The notes under the pieces were generated by a model. That model worked only from the letters and a program-made list of their open reading frames with translations, was not told the origin of the DNA and ran no database searches. A DNA stretch of 64,000 bases from Eledone cirrhosa (Eukaryota), in NCBI GenBank assembly GCA_964016885.1, contig OZ024742.1, positions 109,802,001-109,866,000 on the forward strand, in the 5' to 3' direction. This document shows, in pieces, positions 38,819-52,372 of this stretch. The position numbers were made by a program, and so were the translations under genes. How positions within the stretch are numbered: the stretch's first letter is position 1; each line of letters starts with the position of its first letter.

Positions 38819-41800
38819 AGCGTTCACACACGCGAGTAGAAGAATGTTTTTGAAAGATAAGTACGTTAAGTGCTATTTTTTTACTGTGTGATATCTGTTT
38901 TATGAATAGCAAAATTTGAACACGAGTGGTCGTTGACTTTCCCTACCTCCTTCAACATCCCCGCCACGGCGGCAGTAGTAGTGGTGGTGGTGGTGGTATA
39001 CTCTACACAGAAATAATCAGAGAGTTACGACTATGACTATCACCATCCCATTTTTTCAAAATGTTGTACGATGGACAAATATTTTATACTATGCATTTTT
39101 CTATTGGCAATGTCGTTACGACATCGGATTAAAATTATCTTAGTATTTGTTCCGAGTCCAAATTCCGCCCGAGGTCAACCTTGCTTTTCGTTCTTTTGAG
39201 GTTGATAAATAAAGTACGAGTTGAATCTGCTAACTTTATACCTTTCTCTCTCGTTCTCTGGGGGAAAAATCGACTGCATTCTGTCAAGTTTTAAAATTCC
39301 CAAGACACGTCGTGTGAGAAGATGACACCTCTACGACTATCTGAAATTAAGTGCCCATTACCCCGTCGCTTTTTGTTCCCCCCATCCCCTACCGAGTGAG
39401 ATTGAGGAATGTTTGGTTGCTATTTCTAGCATGACGATCAGCCACGCAGAGTGTAGACTGGCATCCAGATCGAGCATCTCATATCAAATAGACCTATGAT
39501 CAAAGATATTCCAGTCACCGAGACTATCAACTAATCGACTGAGGCTTTCGGGTAATTGAGATCCCCCTCTGACCAGTGGCAAATTAAGCTTGCATGGACA
39601 CCCTGATTGAAAATTTTATCGGTGCCCTTTTCACCTCTACGACTATCTGAAATTAAGTGCCCATTACCCCGTCGCTTTTTGTTCCCCCCATCCCCTACCG
39701 AGTGAGATTGAGGAATGTTTGGTTGCTATTTCTAGCATGACGATCAGCCACTGCGTGGCTGATCGTCATGCTAGAAATAGCAAGGAAAAAAAATAAAAAA
39801 ATTTAGGGAGTCTTTCAGTATTATGGGGCTCTTGTTACAATCCAGTCTGTCTTCCCCTAAATGTGCTCTTGCTCTCTGGCACCTCAAACATATAGGCAGC
39901 GTCTTTCGTTGGCGTAGTTTTCAGGGAGATTCAACGTGATGCAGTGTGACGGAACTGGCCCTTTTAATCAGAGGTACAACTTTTTTTATTTACCAGCTGG
40001 GTGGGTTGGAGTCACGTGAAAGTAAGTGTCTTACTGAAAGACACAACGTGTCGCCAGGAATCGAAAACGTAACCACTAAGTAACGTATATTCACACCTCC
40101 GAAACAGTAGACACCACACGATTCTCTAAATAGATGCGTTAGAACGAAAGAAAGTATTTCATAAGCAGGACAAAAAAAAAAATCAAGTAAAATTACACCT
40201 GTCAAGCAAGATTGGGTTTGCGTGTATGTGCGTGTATGTAAACGAGAGAAATTCTTCATATGTGCAGAAAAGACAACGGAGGTCTTCCGATTAATAATGC
40301 CATTAACGACGCCGGATGTTCAATATGGACATTATACATCTAGCCAAATATTTCACTGGATGCCTAATATAAATTTACCCAAATATTTCACTGAGTACCT
40401 ATTCTAAATTTAGGTCAATTATTTCACTGGGTGCTTATTAAAACAATACCTAAATAAGTTAGTGGTAACTTGTTCGTTTAAGCGTGGATTTTAAAAAATA
40501 TATATTTTATTGCCCTCATGAATGGACCTACTATAAAGCATTCGTCTGTTAGCTGAAGGGAATAAAAGGAAAGGGGCTCTTGTTTACTGTGCCTTCGGTG
40601 ATCGGGGTGAACTCTGATCGGTGGGCTTCCTTAATTACCCCTAAGTAGTGCTCACCCCTATTAGAGAATTGTATTGTTACTTTGTTAGCTGGGGGTGGGG
40701 TGATGGTGGGGGGTACTGTCCTTAATGGTTTCAGACCCAGTACCCAATAAAGAAATTATTATTATTATTACTAGCAGTAAAAAAAAAAAATCACACTTCG
40801 GGTGGTTTTTCTGCTAGTATGTGTAGTGTGTATATTGATATTATACGCAAGTATATATGCATGTAGATATGATACATCAAATAAAATCGTAATTGACAAT
40901 ATACACAGAAATTGATCGAAGACAGCGTTACACTGTCTTATGTAATCAGTAATGTAATCCATGATACATTTTTAAAAAAGACGATATTATATATAAACTG
41001 CATTAGGAGAAAATTAGTGACGGAAATATATGAATTTTTATTTACGCGATCGCTAACCGGAAATGTTGACATTTGAAAATTTTAAAGAAGTCAATCTTAA
41101 AATAAGCCACAAAATTATTTATATTTATTCAAGAATAACGAAATTTAGTAGATAAATTATGTAATATTCATTTATTATTTATTCAAAGTAATCCAACTTA
41201 TTTACAAACGGGATAAAAAATATATATTCTGGACGCAGTCCCGCACTCCTTACTTTATTATAGTTTAGATTTAGGACGGTGGATTGGCAGAGCATCAGAA
41301 AAAAATGCTTTGCAGTATTTGGTTACGACTTTCTACTTTCTGATTTCAAATCCGGCCGAGGTCAACTTTGCCTTTCATCTTTCCGGAGTCGATAAAATAA
41401 AGTACCAGTTAAGTACTAAGGTCGATATAATCCCCTTTCCCAAAATTAAAGGCCTTGTACTAAATGTAGAAACAATTATTACTACTAGAATGGTGGATTG
41501 GCAGAATCGTTAGAGCGTCGGATAAATGCAATTCAGCATTCGTTCTGACTTTTATGTTCAAACCCCTGCCCAGATAAACTTTTCCTTTCATCCTTCCAGG
41601 GGTCAATTTAATCGACTAACACCTCTCCCTCCCTCAATTACACATTTTTTAAATGTAGATTTTCAAAACCTATTATTGAAAACGTAAAAAAAACAAAAAA
41701 CCAAAGGATGGTGAGGCAAAAGACAAAAGACATAAGTTTATTCATAAGTGAATAAAAAAGAAGGCTTTAAAAAAGAAAAAGTTGATCGCAATGGTTCGTA

Positions 41801-42130
41801 ACTAAATATTGTTAAATGTTTCTTGTCGACTCTAAACTATGTCAGTCGAAATGCTGAGGTCAGTATTTTCTAGAAAGCAAAGAATTATCGCAAAAGTTAG
41901 TTAAAACAAGATGTTGTGGATAAGGAAGCAAAAAAAAATGGGGGGGGGGAAGAATTTAGAAAATGTATGTCTGTGGTGTGTGCCTCTATGTCTGTGCGTT
42001 TATCTATGTGTATGTATGTGTGAGGAGTGGTGTATGCGTGTGTGTGTGTGTATGGAGTGATGTGTATGAGGGGTGGTGTGTGTATGGAGTGATGTGTATG
42101 TGTGCGCGCGCGTTTCTTTTTAATCTAAAT

Positions 42131-42265
42131 CAGTGGTTCTAACCGGGGTCCACAAGCAAAAAATAGAATAAGCTTTTCTTTTGTCGAATAGCTACGAGGC
42201 CCCCCCCCCCTAAAAAAAAATAAGGGAAAAGGGGTCCATGAGTAAAAAAAGGTTGAGAACCACTG
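42131..42265. mobile_element. hAT (Charlie-like) MITE with perfect 8-bp TSD
   Basis: TIRs cagtggttct.aacc / ggttgagaaccactg; atctaaat at 42123-42130 and 42266-42273. Confidence 0.9.
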
Positions 42266-43004
42266 ATCTAAATAATATAGTATTCTGAGTGAAAGTATGT
42301 AGTATACATTACACACTTCTAATTGACATCAGAATTCTCAAGCACATAAGCTGTAGTCCTACACAAAATCCAGGACACACACTTGCCAAGCATTCCATTT
42401 TTCTTTTATTTAATGATTGTAGTAGTTGGACTGGGGCACTGTCTTAAAAAGATTTTAGTCGATCATAACTTTAGTACTTTTTTTTTTTTTTTCAAGCCTG
42501 ATACTTATTTCATCGATGTCATTTTCTGTTGAAATGCTACTTTACGGAGCATAAAGACACAAACGCAAACATGGACACACACACGATAGGCTTCTGCAGT
42601 TTCCGTCTACCAATTTCCACTCACAAAAATGATAACAGTGAATATATTACCCTCTCTCTTTTCTGAATAATTTGTTTCTTTTGTAAATCATATTTATTAT
42701 ATGTTAATAAAATTACCACAACATTTTAAGAAAGTATATTAAAGCGTGTTGGTTTGTCTCGAAAGTGTTTAGTTAACCCTTATGATGTGCGGCTGATTGT
42801 TGCACTTAGTAGTGACCCCTGCCCCCACTTTCTTTTTCCGTTTATATTTGTATATATATGGCTGATACTTAAATGTAAGTATGTATACGTACATACATAT
42901 ATGTATACAGACGTACAGTAGTATGTATATATATATACATACATATGTACGTATGGGTTTACCGAACATTTATTATAATAATTTATTATTATATATTACA
43001 AACA

Positions 43005-43140
43005 AACCGAACATTGGCTGGTCTCGCTTAGGGATCCAGCCGGACCAGTTTGAGACGGTAGCTTCTGACAGAACCCGCTGGAAGTAGTGTTTGAGGAATC
43101 TTTCCATACGACCCTCTCAGGAATAAGTGGGCGAAGAAGA
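43005..43140 (+). mobile_element. Short RTE/BovB-like LINE 3' relic
   Basis: LGIQPDQFETVASDRTRWK resembles the RTE C-terminal 'A.DR..W' motif. Confidence 0.45.
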
Positions 43141-43934
43141 TATATATATATATATATATGTTTTTGTACAAACGTGTATATGCATCACTCATTTCATTCA
43201 TTAGAAAGAAAAAAAAAAACTAATGCATATCTAATTAGTAGTCGCAATGTCAGCATACGTGTTTATATGCACATACACGTTATATACAAACTACTTTCTT
43301 TAAAGTGTGATGCACTAAGTTGACTAATGGTCTTACTAGCCTCAATTAGTAACATCCTATCCATCATCCTGCACACATACATGGTTGTTGTTTTGGTGGG
43401 GAAGAAAGAATTGTTAGAGTTGGGGATAAAATGCTTTTGTTTTACAAGTATTTGTTCCAGCTCTTTACGATCTAAATCCGAAACCCGGAACAGAGTAAAC
43501 TTTAATCCTTCTATAAAGTAACAGTCAGTCAAGTACTGGGGATCGGTTTGATCGACTATCCCAAAAATGGGCGAATTATGTTTGCATGGGGCACCAAGTT
43601 GAACATTTAATATTAAATATTATTTATGGCAGCAAAATAATAATTTTTGAACCCTTTAAATATTGTGATCCTCTGGCTACAACCTAATCACACGCCCCTT
43701 TAATCCGTCACTGACTAAATATATATGGGGGGGGGGGGGGGGGGGCAAGTGTCTTCTGCTCGGGTTGACGAATGCCTTGTGAGTGGAATTTGGCAGACGG
43801 AACTGCGGGCGTCCGATGTATGTGTTTACATTTTTGTCTGTGTCTATATCTCGTAACTTCATTTTGGATATTGTTTTCATGTATAGAGGAAGTACATATT
43901 AGATTAGATGTTGTCTTCCCGTTTCTTCTACAAC

Positions 43935-44260
43935 AACTACAACGGTACGCGATGGGGCCCACCCACAGCCTCGGTGGACGGAATGGAGAAGGCGTTTCCC
44001 CAAAAGACGGCGAGGGAGACGCGCTGGAAGAGCCACTCCAACTCGCGGGGCTCACACCTGCGGCTGGCCAGCTCAGCGCCTATGGTGGTGAGTAAGGAGG
44101 TAGCCCTGGGGGGCGAGGACACCAGAAGCCTCCACTACCAGGGGTACGACCGCAAACCTGTCGGAGTGCGACCGGTATTTGAGGAGTTTGGCCCCCTCAG
44201 CCCGACGTGCAGCAGAACCTGGGTCAGTCGCAGACTGCACCAGGTTGCGGCTGCAGAAAG
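43935..44260 (-). mobile_element. CRE-clade LINE 3' fragment in GRHPR intron 1
   Basis: TFCSRNLVQSATDPGSAARRAEGAKLLKY...IGAELASRRCEPRELEWLFQRVSLAV; closely similar to 49960-50250. Confidence 0.85.
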
Positions 44261-44470
44261 TTAGAATTTGACAAAAAAAAAAAAAATACGATAAAATAAG
44301 TACCAGTCTTGAAAAATGTATTTGGACGATATATGGACTAAATAAAGGTAGTACCCAGTATGGCTGCAGTCTAATTACTAGAACCAGTAAAAATAACAGA
44401 TTATATATATATATATATATACGCACTGGGTTTGTGTTTCTATGATAACAAACAAGTTACCCCAACTTAC

Positions 44471-44675
44471 CTGCAGCTTTAAAAACTTCTGCGTCAACTT
44501 GGTCAGTAAGAAGGCACAAAATGCCAGTATAACCCTTGCCTTTCACATTTTTTACCAACTCATCATGTGGTATAGCTTCGTCAGAATCCCAGAAATCGAC
44601 TTCAACACCTTTCTCTCGAAGCAAATCGGTTCCTGTGGCTGGAATTCTCCGTGTGATATAGACTTTGTGAGACAT
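44471..44675 (-). CDS. GRHPR: GRHPR exon 1; joined CDS 975 nt = 324 aa
   Basis: MSHKVYITRRIP...WDSDEAIPHDELV...GILCLLTDQVDAEVFKAAG; G|GTAAGT donor in phase with exon 2. Confidence 0.92.
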
Positions 44676-45981
44676 CTTTCACTTTCAATCTATCTGCTGT
44701 GAAATTTCCTTCTTTAGCAGAGAGTTCGATTCAAGGATTACCTTCAACCTTCACCTTAATTGATGTTATCGTTAGTGCGAGGCTGGTGAAGTATCGTTAG
44801 TGCGTGAAGGTGAAGTATCAACACAAGGAACACTTCAAAATTAAAAAAACCGTATACGACAGTTGTTGATATTTAAAGCTGGAAATCAGCAGATAAAATG
44901 GAATGATTTTACAACTGTTGCTTCAAATATATAAGATGTGTATGTATATGTATACATATAAACGTCAGTTTATGTATGCATATATTGATGTACGTCTCTA
45001 AAACACACACATATACGCTGTTTCTCTTCCCATAATACTCCTCCTCTCTATTTTTCTCTTACAAACCTTGTCTCCTCCCACAAGATCACCTCCTACTCTC
45101 GGTTTCCAAGTGAATAAATCATTTCCCTTTACTCGATGCGTACGTGCTTTATTTACTATGAATAAATTATATATTAATCCAAATTAGTTCGGGGAAAAAA
45201 AGGCAAAATATATATTTATAAAAATAATAACAAAAACTATATCAAACAATGAAAAAAAAAAACGCTGTTTATATTAATCAATCTCTGTTTATATTTCCAT
45301 TCATTATTTATTTTTATTCAATTATTTTTTCAACCGGTTTATTATTTCAATTTGATATTTCGTTTTAAGAATAAATACTAAATAGATGAAGTTAAATTCT
45401 ATCGCATAAATTAATGGATATTATTGATATAACATTGGATCTATCACTGCATATATAGAAATCGCTGTTTACATACACTACTGCATGGTAGGGCAGGTCA
45501 GAGCAGTGCTATACCGGCAAAGCTAAGGCCGTTTCAGTGTCCTTGACATTCTTGAAGGTCAACATATTTAACATTGAGTAAATACATTCATTAAACACAC
45601 CTTTCTGTGGTTAATATTTTTCCTCTTTTTAACTAATGTAACCAGGTTTTATTTCGTTTTACCTTTCTTACTCATTTTCCTATCGATTAGTAATATGCAA
45701 ATAATAAATTTTCTTTTATTTTCTATTTCCTATAGATTTTCCTCTAATTTCAATTATATATATATATGACGTTTCTTGTATTCGTCTTATGCGGGAAACT
45801 TCTGGTAATGAGGTAATTATATTGTATTGTTTATTATACATTAAATTTAGCTCTGTAACTTACATAGAGCACTCTTCACTCCTATAACTTTTTCAATTTT
45901 CAACGGAAACTTCAATACTTATATATATATATATATATGTGTGTGTGTATTATGTAAGTATGTATGTATGATTGGGTTTTG

Positions 45982-46017
<36 letters not shown>

Positions 46018-46034
46018 AGATTTAATATAGAAAT

Positions 46035-46086
46035 GGCTTCTACAGGACTAGAACTGTTTCATTCGAAGGAAATCACCAGGAAAGCC
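46035..46086 (-). ncRNA. Type I hammerhead-like fold in a Penelope-like relic next to (TA)n
   Basis: GGCUUUC-CUGGUGA-UUUC(cuuc)GAAU-GAAA-CAG(uucuaguc)CUG-UA-GAAGCC; stems I and III pair; core has an A-to-G change. Confidence 0.6.
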
Positions 46087-46259
46087 GGCTGTCATTGGAG
46101 TATGGTGGTATTTATAAGGGGGACACAATTAGGTGCTAAAAGATATGTGAGTCCTGGGTTCAATCGGGGGGTAACCATATTTATAAAATAGATTAATAAT
46201 AATATGTATATATCGAAGTTGTAGCCGCAATACAGCAGATACCAATTATTATTATCATT

Positions 46260-46445
46260 GGTGGATTGGCAGTATCGGTAGAGGGTCGGACGCCATGCTT
46301 TCCAGCATAGTTACGTCCCTTTACGATCTGAGTTCAAATCCCGCCGAGGTTGACTTTGCCTTTCATCCTTACGGGGTCGATAAAATAAAGTACCAGTAAT
46401 GCACTGGGTAATTGCTGGCCTTGTGCCTAAAGTAGAAACAATTAT
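46260..46445 (+). mobile_element. Young Nin/Deu-core SINE with TSD attattatcattg
   Basis: Full head, core and tail; direct repeat on both sides. Confidence 0.88.
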
Positions 46446-46451
46446 TATCAT

Positions 46452-46483
<32 letters not shown>

Positions 46484-46860
46484 GATAATAAGGGCGCTGC
46501 GGAGTTGCAAATGGGTTACATATGAAAAAAGTTTGTCCTTCATCAGTGATCTTCCAACTATCATAGGCATTTCATCGCTTTAAAGACCATATACCTCCGG
46601 TTGGTGCGAGCAGCGGCTAAAAAAAGTCGTTGGGACACGTAAATAAAGGGGACGCGAGGGTAAACAAACAAAATGGTGAGGCAACAGAAAGTGAGGAAGA
46701 AGGAGACAAGTCCCAGATTTCTATGAATTTAAGTTCGGTGAAATCGTGAACGAGAGAATAAAGACCATCAAACCTGGTTGAAATGTGAGCAAGGAAGGAA
46801 TTTCGCACAGGTCTAACGGGAGGAAGAAGGGGTCTGGTCTGCGAATTCGGTAAACATAAG

Positions 46861-46912
<52 letters not shown>

Positions 46913-46927
46913 TTAAACACACACACA

Positions 46928-47020
<93 letters not shown>

Positions 47021-48034
47021 ACTACGGGCTTCTGAAGTTTCCGTCTGGAATATTCCACTCACAACTCATTGGTTAATCCGATGGCCACAACCGGACATAG
47101 TTGTTGTTTTCAGATATTGTATTTCACACGAATATTGAGTGAAGTGATTCTCATTCTTGTAGTTCTTATCTATTTCATGTCGCTCCACAAGGCAGATATA
47201 TTGAAGATAACGTATTTAAGCTATCCGTGCTTTCATGGGGCGCTCTTAACTCCTCGTAGCATACGACATGTCGTGAGCATTTTAAAATCTGGCGGAGCTC
47301 ATCCTTCTTCAGAGCTATTAACACCTGATTTCTTCTTGATAAATAGAGAGGGCTTGACATAGGGAGGGGGAAGGTACTTTATTTATTGATCTCGAAAGGA
47401 TGAAAGGGGGAAACTCTGTACCATTAGCTGAACGGTACATCTCAGCTGCGGCCCGCTGTGAACAAGATGGCAAAAACATTGTTGCGAAGAAAAACCAGCG
47501 ATATTCGCTGCACTAGCCATTGAACCTCACGAGACTCCTTCCTTTGGCCAGATGTGTTTCCCTCGATTTTGCAGAGGAAAATGACAGTTTAGTGACCGAG
47601 GAGTGCATCAGAGGTCTCAATGGTAACTGGTACGCAATAAGGAAACGGTCAATTAATCTCTGGTATTTAGTTATCTTCCACTGTGGTGATGCTCCGGTTT
47701 GTGGCCGGAGCGATGAGATTAGCGCCAAAAAACGGAGAACACGTCGCAGAATGTGCTCTCAGATATTAAAAATGTAAGACCGCTATAAAATGAGAAAATA
47801 AAGTCGGTGACTAAAATTCTGTCGTTTTTTCAAGATCTTATCATTCACTAAACGCTGCCACCATACCACACCACACTACGTCTCACAACACCCACCACAG
47901 AACACCACTACACCACACCACACCAGAAGGGTATATATCGAAATTATATTACTGTGAAACAAGAAATCTTTTTTTAAATTGAGTTATTTTTTTAAATTGA
48001 GCTGATAAAAATGTGACGTTATTCTGCTCATGCT

Positions 48035-48221
48035 CAGGCGGAATTTGAACTCAAAATGTAAAAGTTATTGACCTTTACGTTCTGAGTTCAAATCCCGCCG
48101 AGGTTAGCTTTGCCTTTCATCCTTACAGAGCCGATAAAATAAAGTACCAGTAAGTACTGGGGTCGATTTAATCGAATTTCCTCTCCCTCAAAATTGCTGG
48201 CCTTGTGCCTATAATAGAAAT
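48035..48221 (+). mobile_element. 5'-truncated SINE with inverted 5' piece and 18-bp TSD
   Basis: cgttattctgctcatgct at 48017-48034 and 48222-48239. Confidence 0.8.
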
Positions 48222-48580
48222 CGTTATTCTGCTCATGCTGTTACGGTATTTGGCAATGTACGTGAATTCACAGACACTTTACACTGTATGTGAATACACA
48301 TACACACATATACACACACCCATTGACGTTTGGCAATGTATGTGAATCAACGCACACACACATATACACAAACAACTCTAAAATGAAACTGAAACACGAA
48401 GTGCTGACAACCTAACAACAGTGATGCCAATAAATAATAACACACATGTCTTTGTAGTGACAGTCAGTAGACGAAGACGAAGGGAATATATATATATATA
48501 CATAAAATTAGTTACAACAGTGACACAGGTACTTAAATTTCGTTGGATTATGCACACCAACTCATTCAGCCTGTTATATA

Positions 48581-48936
48581 CAGTTGTCCCCCGATATTCG
48601 CGTGGGCTACGTTCCTAGAGCACCCGCGAAGAGTGAAAGACCGCGAATATTGGACGTGATCCATAAAAATGCCTATAAACGTCAAAATATAACGTAAAAT
48701 ATAATTAAACAATGAGGGGATGTTTTATGCGAAGGGGTGTCCAATAGGCCGGCCAATTCGATATATTGTTATTAATAATTAAGCATTAAAAATATATATA
48801 TTGCCACGAAAAAAGCCATAAAAAATTCGCGGAAGATATTTTCGATTCCGCGAATATGCGGTGGTTTCCAATTATTAGTTAGGTTCTAAGGAAATTTCCG
48901 CGAATAACCGGGACCGTGAATGCCAGGAGTACACTT
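48581..48936. mobile_element. Tigger/pogo-like MITE
   Basis: TA-cagttgtcccccgatattcgcg start, repeated ccgcgaat subterminal motifs, degenerate right TIR followed by TA. Confidence 0.7.
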
Positions 48937-49229
48937 TATATACTCTTTTACTTGTTCCAGCCATCCGGCTGAGGCCATGCTGGGGCCCCGCCTATTCATG
49001 GTGTCACACTTAAATAACTTTGTGCGTTAAATTTAGGCGAGAAATTTATTAAATTTTCGCCCCATTGAGTGATTTGTGACTGCCCCAATACGATTGGTAT
49101 CTTCCCTATTGCAGCTACAACTTCGATATATACCTAATATAATATAGTTTTATATAATTGATTAACTTGTTGCAAAACTATGTGGCCAGATGAGGGCTTG
49201 TTGTTGGAGTTGCCGGTTTATGTAACAGG

Positions 49230-50250
49230 TTGTATCCTCGCTGACCTCGATACTTGTATCCGAGCAGCAGCCGAGGAGATATGCAACGTCAAGTTTGACG
49301 ACATTGGATGGCAACAGGCCACTTTACCTGTCAGGTATGGCGGCTTTGGCCTCCGGTCCCCGATCTCACTGACTTTGCTGGCGTACCTTTCGTCGGTAAC
49401 CTCGTGCCGCGTCCTCGTCAGCAGGGTTCTTCAAAACACAATAGAACTCTCTGTGTTCAGAGAACGTGAGGCCGCCTGAGACGTGGGACCGGCTGGGACT
49501 TAGCCCAGTAGACGTCCCTCCTCTTTCTCCCCCTGTTGACGTCAAGTCCCCCCAAAACACTTGGGATGCCATCCAGTGCAGCCTGGCCCCAGATAGGCTC
49601 ACGCACCAGCTCGACCAGCATCGCCTCGCCTGTTTTCGTGCGGCCTCCAAACCCCATAGTGGTGCCTGGCTCCATGCCCTGCCCTCCTTCCCCACTGGCA
49701 TGCAGCTAGACAACAATAGCCTGCGCATCCACCGTGGGCTCTTTCGGCCTCCACCCGCTTTCCTGTCGCCACATGCTGGCCGCTTTCTACGCCATGCTGC
49801 CCTCAACGAGGTCATAAAGCATGGCTTGGACGCTGCAGGCTTCCCTTCCCAGCTCGAGCCGGTGGGGCTGGACCGAGGGGACGGCAAAAGGCCAGATGGC
49901 ATGACCATCTTCCCATTCCGCGGTGGCAAACCCCTCGTCTGGGATGCCACTTACACCGACACCTTCTGCAGCCGCAACCTGGTGCAGTCTACGACTAACC
50001 CAGGTTCTGCTGCACGTCGGGCTGAGGAGGCCAAACTCCTCAAATACCGGTCGCTCTCTGACAGGCTTGCGGTTGTACCCCTGGCAGTGGAGACTTCTGG
50101 TGTCCTCGGCCCTAGCGCTACCTCCCTACTCACCACGATAGGCGCTGAGCTGGCCAGCCGCAGGTGTGAGCCCCGCGAGTTGTAGCTTTTCCAGCGCGTC
50201 TCCCTTGCCGTCCTCCGGAGAAACGCCTTCTCTATCCTATCCATCGCGTA
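49230..50250 (+). mobile_element. CRE-clade non-LTR retrotransposon, 5'-truncated and internally deleted
   Basis: WQQATLPVRYGGFGLRS (post-RT), SGAWLHALP, RHAALNEVI, KRPDG...WDAT..DT, PLAVETSG, FQRVSLAV; frameshifts; zinc-knuckle region apparently lost. Confidence 0.88.
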
Positions 50251-50817
50251 TCATTCCATATTTAAGTATGGTCAATGAAGAATATCTTGTAGATTACATG
50301 TTACAGGTTGTATTGGATTGCATGTTACCAAAAGCGCTTAAGAGCTTCCTGACAAAAACAATGTTGGACCTCCATCGATTCCGACGACGCGTGTTCCAGC
50401 TATTCGAACAACGGAACAGACTGCTCGTGAAATTAACGTGCAAGTGGCTGAGCATCCCACAGACACGCGCACTCTTAACGTAGTTCTCATATTTGCTAGT
50501 CAAGCGGACTAACATACATTCAAGTATAATTCATTAATGGAACCGTAAAAATATGTAAAACATTCCTGAGGTTTAGCATGTAATGACTATATATACTTAC
50601 GTGTCGATATAGAAACATATGTATATGTGGACATATAACTCAAGGCATATAGATCCTCACACGAAATAACATCAAAACCTGCATACATACATAGACTACC
50701 TAGATGATGTCCAAATTCCAGTGACAGAGCCTTGTTTGGGGGTTAGAACCCTACCTCTCTAATGGCGAGAAATTGTAACAGAACATACATACATGCATAT
50801 ATGCATACATTCACACA

Positions 50818-50902
<85 letters not shown>

Positions 50903-52305
50903 ATGGTGATGATACATATAAATTGAAATGAAAACTTAAACAAAGATTCCAGTTCACACATATGCTATATGCAGTTTTAGCTGACCTCAATGATTAGGTT
51001 TATCCCAGTCCAACCACAAAAAGCAACGTGAAATAAAGTGTTCTGTTCAAGAATGCAGCGTGTTGTTCGGTCCACAAAGAGAACCGACTTCCTTGTTTGT
51101 GAGTCAGACACCCTAACAACTATGCCACCAATACATGTAGATTACGCATCTATCTAGTCTGTTTACCAAATCTGAATATAGTTGTGAAATACTCTACAAT
51201 TAATTAAACATAAATCTAAGATAATGTTATTTTTAAATTTAGAAATTAATTGTTTCTACTTTAGGCACAAGGCCAGCAATTATCCAGTGCATTACTGGTA
51301 CTTTATTTTATCGACCCCGTAAGGATGAAAGGCAAAGTCAACCTCGGCGGGATTTGAACTCAGATCGTATAATACTCAGTTTTCACTGAAAAAATCTATC
51401 TTTCGTTTCTTTCTTGTTTTAAATTTCAGATTGTGGGATATATTTCTGAAAACTACTGCCAGTGGAATGGGCTTATATAGGTTTCAACGTTGAATATTCC
51501 AGTTGTACAATCACCTGCTCTTGAAATTAATGTGCAAGTAGCTGAGCAATCTACAGACACGTGTACCCATAACATAATTCTCAGTGAGACAAAGCAAGCC
51601 CTTTGAATTAGAGGTACAGTCAATACAATGTGTCCTCCCTATTCTGTTTACTCAGGACCGACGCCCTCTTATTTAGTGTCCTAAGTTAGCTGTACAATAC
51701 AATATTCACCCCTTCTCCTAAGTAATGCGTCTCTGAGGTCTGCGCCCTAGGTGACCTAATGGTGGCGGCGGCTCTGCGTTTAGCCAGTTTCACTGAACGG
51801 AAAGAGATACGGCGAAGTATACCATATGACCTTCTAATAATTCCGTCAATCCCCATGAACTCGTACTTATCAAACTCGAAAGGACGAGAGGCAAAATTGG
51901 CCACAGTGGAATTTGAACTTAGAGCGCAAATTGCAGGACCAAATAGCACATAACATTTAATCCGATACTCTAACGACTCCGCCAATTCGCTACCACATAG
52001 CTGTAGACAAACTGAATCAAAAATATAACATGGCAATACTACGTCAACACTGCGCCATATACAAGGGCGAATTAAGATTGAATGAGGACCCTGGCTAAAC
52101 ATTTCAGCGTATGTATTATATATGGTAGCCAAACAAATATTGTGGGTTCCTTGGCCAGTCAGTCCCCTCTCACCTACCACCAACCATATACAATTAACCT
52201 CAGCATATCAGAATGTGCAGTGTAGTTCTAAACCAGACGGAGATACAGTATATCTAAGCCATGTCGATCAGAAATAAATGAATGTGTGTGTGTGTGTGTG
52301 TGTGT

Positions 52306-52372
<67 letters not shown>

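Noticed and set aside
49366-49950. 194-aa minus-strand ORF
   Set aside because: Antisense shadow of the GC-rich CRE element
51686-52183. 165-aa minus ORF
   Set aside because: Runs through a degenerate SINE; no motif or convincing splice context
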